DNA of 64,000 bases from Malacoraja senta (Eukaryota), in contig CM075989.1 in NCBI GenBank assembly GCA_038087875.1, positions 5,022,001-5,086,000 of the forward strand. Direction: 5' to 3'. How positions within the stretch are numbered: the stretch's first letter is position 1; each line of letters starts with the position of its first letter. Below the pieces are notes generated by a model. It did not search any database. It was not told where the DNA came from and saw nothing but the letters and a program-made list of their open reading frames with translations. Shown here piece by piece: positions 39,401 to 52,486 of this stretch. The translations under genes and the position numbers were made by a program.

Positions 39401-39820
39401 GCAAATCAGTGCCTCCAACAATTTTGTTGAAAGATAGTTATATCAGTGAACGATCAGGAACGCAGGGTGCTGGGATAGGAATGCTTACTGTGGGGCATTG
39501 CCAGAAATAGAGATTTCAATATAGTTACTTTAAAGTTTAAACTAAAAGAGTTTATTTGTAAATATTATGGCTAACGATTCATTGGGTTCTCAAGCATTTG
39601 TTATTTTTACTTGCCATCATTCTAGATCAGTGCCGATCAATATCTTTAAGAAAATATGAAAAAGCAAACAAAAAAAGTAAACCTGACGAACTAACTCGAG
39701 AGCAGAAGTGGTCATTGTTATTTTTTGTTACGAAACATGACTGGTTTTGAAATTTTAAAAAAAGTGCTTTTGTATTAAATTCACATCGAAGGCATTTTAT
39801 AATTGGTAAGTGTGATTGAG

Positions 39821-40090
39821 TAGTTTAGATACCGTGCAGAAACTGACCCTTTGGCCCTCCAAGTCTGTGCTGACCAGCGATCCCCGTACACTAGCACTTT
39901 CCTGCACACTGGGGTCAATTTTAAATCTTTACCGAAGCTAATTAACCTGCAAACCTGTACGTCTTTGGAGTGTGGGAGGAAACCGGAGCACCTGGGGAAA
40001 ACCCACGCGGTCACAGAGAGAACATACAAATTCCGTACAGACGGCATTGACAGGATCAAACCCGGGTCTCTGGCGCTGTAAGGCAGCAAA
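39821..40090 (-). mobile_element. HE1-like SINE
   Basis: Same consensus. Confidence 0.75.
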
Positions 40091-40682
40091 TCCATGTATC
40101 CTTCTTCAAATAAATATGGCAGACTTTTCATTTAAATTAAAATATATATTGGACTGGAATTCTGTGAAGAATGTACTAGTAACTCTTTCACAGTGGCAGT
40201 GAATAGTGCTTCACAAGGTTAAAGCACTCTTTGGTTTGTGCAAATCAACATCTACAATTGTTTCTTAAACCACAGAAAGCATTTCATCTAGCTGCTAAAA
40301 GATAACGCAGAGAGAGTTTGGTACAATGGAATGTTGACACCCCTCTCAAGTGAACGCAAGAGATGCCATAGTAACATCAATTAGTACGGGTGTCAGAGGT
40401 TATGGGGAGAAGGCAGGAGAATAGGGTTAGGGGAGATAGATAGATCAGCCATGATTGAATGGCGGAGTTGACTTGATGGGCCGAATGGCCTAATTCTGAT
40501 CTTATGATCAAGTCCATGAGTAAATGGGGTGAAGACTGGCAGGGCTTCCTGCCAAATATTCCCCTCTCCCTCTCTAAACAAATACAAGCAATAAACAAAC
40601 AAAGCTGTTCATGGAATATCACTGTCCTATCTGGGACATTCGATGTGTCTCTCTTCGCAGATGTTACCTCCCTGTATATATT

Positions 40683-40890
40683 AAATAACTTTAATATATA
40701 CAGTGCCTTTCATAATTTTCAGTGTTTCGAAAGCAAAATCTTGCAGATGCTGAAAATCTGAAATAAAAATAATAATGGTTAGATTTACCACTAACCACTT
40801 TTAATTTTATTTCAGATTTTCAGCATCTGCAAGATTTTGCTTTCGAAACACTGAAAATTACAAAAGGCATTGCATATATTAAAGTTATTT
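40683..40890. repeat. Long imperfect inverted repeat (~100-bp arms, 8-nt loop)
   Basis: aaataactttaatata...tggttag / atttacca / ctaacca...tatattaaagttattt. Confidence 0.9.
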
Positions 40891-43800
40891 CTGTTAGATA
40901 TCAATGGAATGTGACGAATCTATTCTGCAATGGGATTCTGAACTCTGCTTTCTTCATTCCAGTTTTTAATAACCTCACTTGTGGAAGAAGTCGGATCAAG
41001 AAAACCAAGTTATTCAATATGGTGACGACCTGAATGGAGCAGGCTGAATACAAACAAAGATACAAAGTGATGGAGTAACTCAGTGGGTCAGGCAGCACCG
41101 CTAGACAACAAGGTGATGTTTTGGGTCGGGACCCTACTCCAGTCTGACAAAGGGTCCAGACCTGAAATGTCACCTTATGGATGTTGTCCAGAGATGCTGC
41201 ATGACCTACTGAGTTACTCCAGCACTTTGTCTTTTTTGGTAAATCAGCATCTGCAGTACTTTGGATTCACTAAATACTAATGAATCCTGACAGATTCTCT
41301 GGATCTGCCTTCCAGGCATTCAAAACGGCAAGCACTACACGAAATAGAGAATGGCTCAAAGGAAATCTAATGAACAATGATATTTACGGAGCGTAGAAAA
41401 ACGATATTTGTGCAGCTTAGCATAATTCAGCCTATTAAGCATTTTAAAGTGCAGGGGGAGAGAAAGATACTCTGAAAGAAAAAAAAAGTTAACATGGATA
41501 ATAAATATTTTCATCAAGTGCCCAAATTCTAAGAAATGTTCCGTGTGTGGAAAGTAATTGAATGCATTCATTTGTTCTCCTACTGCAGAGCTCAGTGCTG
41601 AAGGGACAATTATTTTTGAGGTACCGATGAGACAAAGTGGAATAGGAGACACGGTGAAGAATATTACTAAAGTCTTACTTTCATGCAGTACCGAGCCAGT
41701 GCCCGACAAAGCTGACCTTTGCCTAATTCACTAGATGTTCCCATATTTAATGAGGGAAAGGCATAGCCAGTCACACATTCATATAGAACATTCCCAGTTA
41801 AGTACTACCAAACATTCCGTTCCTCTGTATGTCTCCCGACCTTCACACAGTGCAATGAAACTATCTGGCTGAGATCTAAATGACTCTTCTCTATAATGGT
41901 CCCAATAGAAATTGCAAATGCCGACATAGAATTTGGAATGGGCCAAACACAACACTTAATTAAATGCAAGCGCACATAAGACTAAACTGTGCTTTTTCAT
42001 CAAATTGCAACATTTTGCACAAAAGGAGAGTCTAAAGACATGGATAAATGAATGACCATGGGAGTTCAAGGCAATAAAAATTTAGAAAATATTGTTGGTT
42101 TGATTCGGTTACAACTAAAATCTGATTTGCAATAGGGTAAAATATCTGCCTTTGTTTATTATTGTATGCAGGTATCTCAAAGTAATATAAAGAATAAAGA
42201 TAGAGATTCCTTTTGAAATTTGCTTTAGCTGGAAGTTCACAATATTTGTGGCAGTGCTGTTTTAGGAGCTTGGTTGCATATTTTGATTTAGGCTGGGGTA
42301 TCAGGTAGAAAAAGCATTGGGAGAGACAATCTCACTATAATCCTCACAATTATATTATTTGACATAACTGAAGATATTGATTTCCTCCTTGTATTTATTG
42401 TGAGATGTGTTTTGGATGTCACTGGCTGGGAGCAGACATAATTCAGTTCAACATATATTTTTGCAGTCAAGACCTTTAGTCAGGGCTAATGTAACAAAGT
42501 TCTTGTGTGATTTAAACTTCTTTTTGAAACGAGGTAGAGCATGTTTGGAACACTGCAGCATTTGAATGCAGCTTTTATAAGGTGCAATTGCTGCCAGCTC
42601 TCAAACTGCAGTGGTAACGGCACACCTCACAAGGCGATGTTTCAGGAATAATGCTTTTGCTCTTGCTGAGGTCTCATTCCAAAAAACATACTTTCCACTG
42701 ATATTGGCAGAACCAAAAACATGAATGAAAAAAAAAAATGTGACCAAGATCATTTGTAACTCAACAGGAATTCAAAAATTAATCCTCCAGTCTCCCTGTT
42801 GTGAAACATTCTAGTTGGAGCCACGCAGAGTCAAAACTGATGAACCACAGGAATGTACAAGATGCACAATTCTGATCTGAAGCTGGGATGTTTGGTGCCA
42901 GCACAACTACTGTGGGTTGAAGTCCCTGCTCTCAATTCTTCAGCTTTCACCCACAATAATGAATGTTGCTAGACGCGTGTAAAATCTTTACGACTTCTTG
43001 CTTAATCCAGAAAATCCAATAAAAATACATTTTAAAGTCTTCTATTTCACACAACAGGTACTGGACCAGAATGTGTCAAAATCAAGGATAAACAGCAAAT
43101 GCAACTTCCTCTAACAACTCTCTTCACCTTTACCATTGACCTGAAAAGCAGAATAAAGTGCAACATAGATGCTCAAGTCAATGGAGAACAAGAAAATGTT
43201 GAGCAAACACACTAGCTCGCATCAGATTATAATAATGTGGAAGAGGTCTACTAATTAGACATAGGAAATGAACAGCGCACAACAATGAAACATCTAAGTA
43301 GGCATTGACCTAAAACAAGATTGAGTTCTGCAAACAATGAGGATTCTGAGACTAAAGAAAACTTGGAATTATGTCCCACCACCAACAGTAATAGCATTAT
43401 TGCTGCCACACAGGGGAAGCCCCCAAAAAACGTCAAATCAAAATGTTAATGCCACTAGCCGTATTTTCGTGATCCGTTCCAACACATTCTCATGGAAGTA
43501 CTAAAAATATTTCGATAATAATTGGCACATATCAAATCAGAAATGTAAAATTTTAACTTTTAATCCTAACAATAGACATCAATGTGAAATAGTCACTCAA
43601 AAACAAAATGCATATTTATGTGGCCATATGTCATCTATTTCACAAAATGTATCTGTGCCTTCTTCTCAAGTGCAATAGTCACAACAAAACAACCTAATTA
43701 CCAAAAGAAAATTCAACCTATTCTCCATGCAACCGGATTTTTATTACGATCAAGTGCTCACTTATTGTTGATGTACCTGGTTTGCTAACATTATGAAATC

Positions 43801-46800
43801 ATTCTTAGCCCAAAAATACCTATAGTCACAAAGCCAACCACAGAACTCAATTCCATAATTATTTTCTGCATTTTGGAATTTAAATATCTACAACCAAGAG
43901 TGCAGAAATGTGCAGAAATGTATAGTTGAGGTATGAATGTCATTGATTTTATTTAAACAACCCTCCCATCATTTTCTTATAGCCCTATTCTTTAGCTGTG
44001 ATTTTTGAAAGATTTTGCATAGGTTGACTACTCAAACAAAAAAAGTGTGCGTGCAATTTTACTGAACAGAACCTTGAAAACTGTGCATGCTTGTTATTTA
44101 ACTTTAAGTGTATTGCCAAAAGTGACCTGTTAGACTCTCTCTGATTGACAGTTTTCAAACCTGAAAACAGTCAATGAGAGAACTTTGCACAAATTCACCT
44201 CAGATTTCAAGCACCAAACAGGTACAACTAAAACCTCAAATCCAGCCCCCCTTCTGCAGTTGCCTTTGTGTCTTTTGTTGTAAACCAGCATCTGCAGTCC
44301 CTTGTTTCCTTCAGAAAAATGAGGTACATTTTCATTGTTCTTCACTGAATAAAGATTGTGGAATTGAAGTGACGTGGCCAAATGACTCATCTAAAACAAT
44401 CACCATACCTCAAGGATGTCTTAAAAAAAAAACAGAAGTAAGATTGATTACAGTAGTTGCACTGTACAGTCAACATTCATCAAAATAGTAAAAAACAAAC
44501 TGCTGGAGGAATTCAGTGGGTCAGACAGTATCTGTGGTTGGAAATGGACAGATTACTTTTCACGTTGGGACCCTTCTTCGGATTGAAGGATCCCGCCCCG
44601 AAACATTGTCTGACCATTTCCTTCCACACATGTCGTCTGATCTGCCAACTTCATCCAGCAGTTTGTTTCTTGCTCCATATTCCAGCATTGGCAGTCTCGT
44701 GTCGTCATTCATCAAAACAGGATGCATCGAGCTGGTACGTAGCCTAATAATGTTGAGAACTGTATTTTGCATTACATTGTCATCCACGGTGACATTTTCA
44801 AAGGTGGTAAACTCATATTTTAAACATATTCAAATATCAGATCAAAATCAGTAACCGCCTTTTTCATACCAGTTTGCACAGTACCATACATTAGAAGCAA
44901 AGTTACCCACCAGAAGCAAATTTCCCATATTAATACTTTTAAACTGCTAAAAATGAGTCACCAAGCTTGTGCCTTTCCACAGTTCTGTCACCCAGTGAAG
45001 CACAATAATAATATTAACTGATGGATTCGTATACAGATGTTTGCACTTCATATTGTATTCTCCGAAGGCCTATCCAAAAGCCATGAGAAACTGTAAATCA
45101 TAAATCAACTCTCAAACTTTAAAATAATAAAGCTCAAATGAATGGGTTTCCTTTTCAAGTGGGAAGCTGCAAACACAGTGCAGCATTGACTATATGTTGG
45201 ACTTGGTCAATGAGAGCCTGTACTACAAAGAGACTGTTGCTGGCATCGTGTTGGTGATTAAACACAGTCCACAATTTATTAAGTCACAACACAAAAAAAG
45301 CTGCGGTTCATTCCACACGATGGGATAAAATTTACTGGATATAGCTCCAATTTAACATGGTAAATATATTTTTGCTTTTATAGTTAAATGTAACTGCATT
45401 GTGTGACCAATAAAATGTGCATTTATCTCATTGAGAGCCATTTACCATAGATCCTAAATAAGAAAAAATTGACCAAGCCAACCCTGGTTTACAAACTGCA
45501 AAGTTATCATGTACCAGGTCAGGGGAAAAAAATACTTTGAGGAAGATGGTGTTTGATTCAACCAGCTGGAAGAGACAGTAAGAATACAAAATCAGTCTGA
45601 ATAACTATGATATAGTTTAAAATAAAAATTAAATGTGGGTTATCTTGTGCTTGCTTACATCATTCACGAGGTAGAAAGATTTCTGATGATTGGTAGAATG
45701 TTGTTTTCTTAAAAATATCAGTAAGTTGCTTTCCACAGTAAATATATGTTCTGGAGAGCACAGATCAATTCGTTCTTTCCCCATGCCAAAAGTCCCATAT
45801 CTACAAATCATTAGAAAACACCCCCCTGAAAAATCATATTTGGATTTTCAATTAAATTTAATATCTATTACTTGGGGTTGATGGTCAGTCATCACAATAC
45901 AGGTACCCCTAGAAGTAGTCAATGAAGAATAAATACGTAGCTGAAGGGAAGTGGCGTCAAAATGCTTCCCAATTTTCTTCAATCCTAATGGCACACATGC
46001 TTAATGCTTCTGGCACAAAGAACATCTGAAGTGTATCTATTCCCAGAGATTGATTAATCTGCAGAGATCAGTGGAAAGTAATCCAGAAACACAGAACCTA
46101 TTTGTACAATTTCCTGTCAGTTGCCCAGCTGAAATCTGCTAACTCAGCACAACTCAAGAATGCCCTTGGTCTTGATGAGATGACTCTAAAGATTGAACCC
46201 AGAAGCAGCAGTGTCAACATATGCATTTACAGCTTATTCCATTTCTAATTGTTTGTTTTTACAAGATTCGGGTACTTGATTCCACAAAGCATCAACCAAG
46301 CAATAGATCAATTAGGAAAAGATAGTGTCTGAATTCATAGATTACGAGAAGGAATGAGCATTCACCTAGTCCTCCAGAGCAATGGTGACGATACGATTTC
46401 TATATAGATAATTTATTATCAATATTGTAGACAGTACAAACTTTTATTTAACCTAACTTTTTAAAAAAAACGTATTTGTGTTCATCCATACAAGTGCAGG
46501 ACCATCCAAAGTAGTCTTTTTGAACAATTTCCAGAAAAACTTAGGATTTAATGAAAACGTAGGATTTAATGAAAAACTGCACTCTTTGGGTCTTGGTATT
46601 ATAGGTAAAGTTAAAATGCCAATGAACAAACATTAGGATAACATGCCACGTATGAACAAATACTCCGTGAAAAGCAACTCATTTTATAGTTTGACGGTGA
46701 ATTTGGAGAAGGCATCACAGAGGACCGAATGGAGGAAATAGATTAGTTCTGCAAGAGCTTCTCCATGTATGAATTGTACATCTTGTTTTTCCAAAAAGAC

Positions 46801-47337
46801 AAAATCCAGTGAAAGACTTAATTGCCTACATTTATTTCTTTTTTTAGTTCAAACACTGCTGAGCTTAATCTGATCAAAAGATCACAAAACAAATGATGGA
46901 ACTCTATCTGGGGCAGAAAAATAAATGTATTTGTCAACCATAACTTAAAAATATATATCAGAAGGCACAAGTTTTCAACAAACAAACTCCTGAAAAACTT
47001 TCTGGGACCTCTAAATGCTGGCTCATTTGCTCATACTGACAGCAGATCACTTGTGGTAACAGCAATTCTTGTTCCATGTCCCAGTGACTAGAAAACCAAG
47101 TTATTGTCAAGCACGGTGAATTGCCATGTCTTGTGCACTCAAAGTTTCCTTCACGGAAAAAAGACATAAAAGGTCTTGCAATCACTCTTAAACAGTTGTG
47201 ATAAGAGAATAACTTGGCTGGGTGAACTACATTAACAGCAGGGAGTTGTTTTAAGATTACCAAACCCAAGCCAGGAATGTAATGATAATAAAGGACCGAA
47301 TGATTGAAGATTTTGGCAAATAAGTTTTGTACAGTGG

Positions 47338-47540
47338 CTACTCGCTGTGGTCTGAACAGTTCTGATCTGATGATGCTGTACATTGGGGCTTGTTCTTCTC
47401 CCAGTGACATATAGCGTTTGCGTATTCGAGAATAAGTTTATCCATCCAAGTTAAAGGTTTTGGGAAAAGCACCGCCCCTTCAAAGAATCCGAGGTGCCCA
47501 CCGTGGAGTGTTAACACAAACATGACATTTTCTTTTTTCT
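47338..47540 (-). CDS. ABHD2: ABHD2 (alpha/beta hydrolase domain protein 2), terminal coding exon
   Basis: Minus-strand acceptor tttctttaacAG, phase 1. Translates (E)KKENVMFVLTLHGGHLGFFEGAVLFPKPLTWMDKLILEYANAICHWEKNKPQC...HSE*. HGGH catalytic-His motif and sequence match the ABHD2 C-terminus. Confidence 0.96.
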
Positions 47541-48095
47541 CTGTTAAAGAAAGAAAAGCATAATTAGAGATTCATAAAGAATGTGCGACACAAAAGAGCA
47601 ATCAACTAGAGCAAAATATTTGCAGCTTCCCTCCTCTGTACAAGATCTACAAATTAACATTATTTTTAACTAAATCAATTTTAACCTAGTTTCAATATGG
47701 ATTCTGCAGCTTTCTTCAGAGTTCAGTTGCTCAAGTTCACTGATTAGTGAAATACCAATCAAAGATTGCACAAACAAACCCCATGTAGGATTGACTACTG
47801 GATTTCATTTGAGGTACTGGGTATTTCTTCAGAATGTCTAAGAGATGGGAGGCAGCAGTATTATACATCATTCAATAACATCTGCCAGAAAGTTTATTGA
47901 TGCACGTTAGGCAGGGACAAGGCCAGGCCTAGCTGCGATGACAACCCCGCAGGCATTGAGAGGTTGAACCCCACACAGGTGCACATTACATCTTCAGTTG
48001 TATTAGGATATAGAACAGTTCAGCACAGGAACGGTCCCTTCAGCCCACAATGTTTGTGCCGAACATTATGCCTAGCTGAACTGATCGCATCTGCC

Positions 48096-48604
48096 TAATT
48101 TGAGGAAGGACATTCTTGCTATTGAGGGAGTGCAGCGTAGGTTTACAAGGTTAATTCCCGGGATGGCGGGACTGTCATATGCTGAGAGAATGGAGCAGCT
48201 GGGCTTGTACACTCTGGAGTTTAGAAGGATGAGAGGGCATCTCATTGAAACATATAAGATTGTTAAGGGCTTGGACACACTAGAGGCAGGAAACATGTTC
48301 CTGATGTTGGGGGAGTCCAGAACCGGGGGCCACAGTTTAAGAATAAGGAGTAAGCCATTTAGAACGGAGACGAGGAAACACCTTTTCCTCACAGAGAATG
48401 GTGAGTCTGTGGAATTCTCTGCCTCAGAAGGCGGTGGATGCTTTCAAGAGAGAGCTAGATAGGGCTCTTAAAAATAGCGGAGTCGGGGATATGGGGAGAA
48501 GGCAGGAACGGGGTACTGAGTGGGGATGATCAGCCATGATCACATTGAATGGCGGTGCTGGCTCGAAGGGCCGATTGGCCTACTCCTGCACCTATTGTCT
48601 ATTG
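48096..48604 (+). mobile_element. CR1 3' fragment
   Basis: IEGVQRRFTRLIPG...RTGGHSLRI; ctattgt tail. Confidence 0.85.
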
Positions 48605-49465
48605 CCTGTGCATCATCCATATCACTATTCCCTGCACTTCCTTGTACCTATCCAACAGCATCTTAAAAGTCACTATTGTATTTCCCTCCACAACCTCCCC
48701 CTTGGCAATGGTTACCACCCTATGTGTAAAACACATACCCCTCTCGCCTTATAACTATGTGCTCTAGTGTTAGACATTTCCACCCTGAGACTGTGTGCCC
48801 TATCCATGCCTCTCAATTTCATATGCTTCTATCAAATCTCTGACATTCTAGAGAAAACAATCCAAGTCTATCCAACCTCTCCTTGTAGCTGAAACCCTCT
48901 AATATGGACAGCATTCTGGTAAACCTCGTCAGCACCCTCTCCAAAGCTTCCACATCTTTCGTGCAATGGGGCAATACTCCAAATGCTGTCTAACCAACAT
49001 TCTATGGAGCAGCATCAAGTATTGCTTACTTTTATATTCAATGCCCCCTAGCAACGAAGGCAACTATACGATGGGCGTTCTCCACCACCCTATCTACTTG
49101 TGCTACCACCATGAATTAAGAAAAGCACATGCTGTGCATCGTAGATCAGGTGCCATCTTTTGAAAAGCTTCATTTACATTCAAATCTAAGATACTTCACT
49201 AAATTAAACACAAAACAAATCTATTTAACGATGAGTTTACTCGAGAGTTAGGAGTGTCTCAAAGGTCGTCACACCCCACCCATTTTTTAGATTTCCTCCC
49301 CCCCCCCCCCACCCCCCCCCCCCCACCACATAAGAAGGCTCCAAATCTGAAATGTCACCTGTCCACATGCTCCAAAGATGCTACCTGACCTGCTGAGTTA
49401 TTCCAGCACTTTGGGTTGTTTTTTTTGTGGTAAACCAGCATCTGCAATTCCTTTCATCTCCAAGA

Positions 49466-51470
49466 GTGCTTGACTAATCTTCTGGATTTTTTTGAGGATG
49501 TAACAAGTAGAATGGATAAGGCAGAGCCAGTGGATGTGGTGTATCTGGACTTTCAAAAAGCCTTTGACAAGGTTCCACACAAGAGATTAGTGTGCAAAAT
49601 TAGAGCACATGGTATTGGGGGTAGGGTATTGACATGGATAGAGAACTGGTTGGCAGACAGGAAGCAAAGAGTAGGAATTAACGGGTCCTTGTCAGAATGG
49701 CAGGCAGTGACTATGGGGTGCCGCAAGGCTTGGTGCTGGGACCCCAGTTATTTACAATACATATATCTACGATTTAGACGAGGGAATTAATAAACGTGAC
49801 ATCTCCAAGTTTGCGGATGACACATAGATGGGTGGCAGTGTGAGCTGCGAGAAGGATGCTATGAGGCTGCAAGGGTGACTTCAATAGGTTGGGTGAGTGG
49901 GTAGATGTATGGCCAATGCAGTATAATGTGAATAAATGTGAGGTTATCCACTTTGGTGGCAAGAACAGGGAGGCAGATTATTATCTAAATGTTGTCAGAT
50001 TAAGAAAAGGGGAGGTGCAACGAGACCTGGGTGTGCTTGTACATCAGTCACTGAAAGTAAACATGCAGGTGCAGCAGGCAGTGAAGAAAGCTGATGGCAT
50101 GTTGGCCTTCATTGCGAGAGGATTTGAGTTTAGAAGCAAGGAGGTCCTACTGCAGTTGTACAGGGCCCTAGTGAGACCGCACCTGGAGTATTGTGTGCAA
50201 TTTAGGTCTCCTAATTTGAGGAAGGACATTACTGCTATTGAGGGAGAGTAGCATAGGTTCACCAGGTTAATTCCCGGGATGGCGGGACTGGCATATGATG
50301 AAAGAATAGGTCGACTGGGCTTGTATTCACTGGAATTTAGAAGGATGAGAGAGGATCTTATAGAAACATATAAAATTCTTAAAGGACTGTACAGGCAAAA
50401 TGCAGGAAAATTGTCCCCGATGTTGGGGGAGTCCAGAATCAGGGGTCACAGTTTAACAAGCGAGTGGCTTAGACATATTTCTGCTGAACATCTTAAATAT
50501 GCCAGTATGCGGATAGCTCCTCTCCTTGCTATTTGTTTTACTGGCTTTATGATCCATGGCTTGTTACCAGGCTCAATGTTGTCTGTTCTGTTAGTGCCAG
50601 TCGTCAAAGCTGGTAAAGTAGGCAGCCTAAATAATTACAGGCCCATAGCTTTAGCCAGCATACTATCAAAAGTCCTAGAAAGAATTCTGCTGGATAGATT
50701 TAATGAGTTTGTTAACTCCACAGATAACCAGTTTGGTTTTAAAGCTAAACATGGCACTGACGTATATATATGCCTTAAAGGAAATTATAAACAAATATAG
50801 AGGTAAAAACTCATCAATTCTCATGTGCTTTATTGATGCTTCCAAAGCCTTTGATCATGTTAATCATAGAAAGCTGTTTGTTAAATTGAGTCAAAGAGGG
50901 GTGCCTAAATACATTGTGTGAATTCTGGCTTACTGGTATGCCCACCAGACTATGCAAGTAAAATGGGGCAATAGGGTCTCAGCCCCATTTGGGGTTAGCA
51001 ATGGTGTCAGACAAGGGGGAATTTGTCCCCAGTTCTTTTAAATCTCTATATTGATGATCTGTCCAAGCAATTGAAAGCCTGTAATACTGGGTGCATGATT
51101 GGTAATACTTTAGTGAACCATATTATGTATGCAGATGATCTTGTGGTCTTTAGTCCATCTAGCACTGGTCTGCAGCAGCTTCTTACTATATGTTCTGTGT
51201 ATGGTGTAGAACATGATATCAAATATAATGCTGGTAAGAGTGCTGTTATGATCTGTAGAACCAAAGAGGAAAAATGTCTAAAATTTCCTGATTTTAAATT
51301 GTCTGATAATCATCTTAGTGTCTGTAATAAGGTTAAAAAAAAAAGGAATCAAGGGATATGGGGAAAAGGCAGGAATGGGGTGCTGATTTTAGATGATCAA
51401 CCATGATCATATTGAATGGCGGTGCTGGCTAAGGGTCAAACCCCTGCACCTATTTTTCTAGGTTTCTATG
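49466..51470 (+). mobile_element. 5'-truncated CR1 (HER1-like) LINE with a foreign RT fragment in its 3' part
   Basis: RT motifs LTNLLDFFE, VYLDFQKAFDKVPH, KFADDT and RPHLEYCVQF; typical CR1 3' tail resumes at ~51345. Confidence 0.9.
50457..51334 (+). mobile_element. RTE-X-like non-LTR reverse transcriptase fragment
   Basis: ISAEHLKYA, NYRPIAL, QFGFK, FIDASKAFD, GVRQGG, LYIDDL and MYADDLV across frameshifts; clearly not CR1-type. Clade assignment is from motif recall. Confidence 0.75.
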
Positions 51471-52486
51471 TATAATTGTCATATATACTGACAATGGAAC
51501 AATGAAATTCTTGCTTAACAGGCCCGTAAATGCAATAACACACATAAATATATACATAAATCAATAATGCATTAAATTAATAATGGTAACATTAGGTAAC
51601 TATAATAGTGTAAAACTGAAGTCTGCAATGCGACCAAAACCCCCCACAGATCGGAGATCATGAATACATTCACTTCAGAGGATAAGATAAAGAACAACAG
51701 TGCCAGTAAGTGCAGTGTGTTTGTGCAGGAGATGGTGCTGAACACAAATATTGACCCAGCAGCACCTGCTGTCCAGCTCAGTAACTGCTGGATGGCTTCA
51801 CAGTCAATCAGCACTCTGTGAGTACAAGGTAACACAGCAAACATTACAAGACGTCACCATTCCCCGTGTTGAATAGGTTTTTACACTGACCAACACATGC
51901 TGCTGTGTACATAACAGGAAATCAACTGCTCTGCTGAGGCACTTGAGTTACTTCAATGGTTTTTAACTGCGTGTTTTCTCTCTAAGAAAGTGGTTTATGT
52001 TTACTGCAGGCAAAATTAAATTTGTAAATCAAAGATGCAAGCAAAGGAGAGAAAATATTTTCCATAAACTTTGAACAAGCATGAAAATAAATGATTGTGC
52101 CAAACATGCCACAGTATTTATATCCTTTAATATACTGCAGGCATACAAGACATAGCACAGTAATGTTGTAAACAGATTTGATCTGCATTTTTGAACACAT
52201 TGATTTTTCCTCCATAAGATATGAATAAAACTAGATTAAGATAAATATTTTACCCCCAACAATAAACTCGATGGGAAGGGAAATATTGGACCAGAATAAG
52301 GTGCAGTCAAATTGCAGCCACTCTCACAGCAATGTTCTAGCTACTAATACAGCAGTCATCAAATATTGGCTCAATGGTACTTTATGGTCACATGGACCGA
52401 GCTACAGTGACATTCCTTTTTCAATAAAATCTTACTATACATGAGCACAATCATACTTAAGCACTCGATGTACTAATAGAGTGTTA

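Larger units (their letters stand above)
36975..47337 (-). other. Putative long ABHD2 3'UTR
   Basis: AT-rich and much poorer in repeats than the flanks. Minus-strand AATAAA at 36990-36995 is followed by a U/GU-rich tract; other AATAAA sites lie at e.g. 37151-37156 and 43740-43745. The distal end is inferred. Confidence 0.45.

Noticed and set aside
46542..46577. 18-bp tandem duplication (taggatttaatgaaaac)
   Set aside because: Simple slippage duplication with no further signal.
46958..47410. 150-aa minus-strand ORF overlapping the ABHD2 stop in another frame
   Set aside because: No recognisable motifs and lies in AT-rich UTR; the conserved frame is the HGGH frame fixed by splice phase.
50279..50800. 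173-aa ORF as a novel fusion protein
   Set aside because: Chance in-frame join of CR1 and foreign RT fragments, broken by frameshifts and antisense within an intron.
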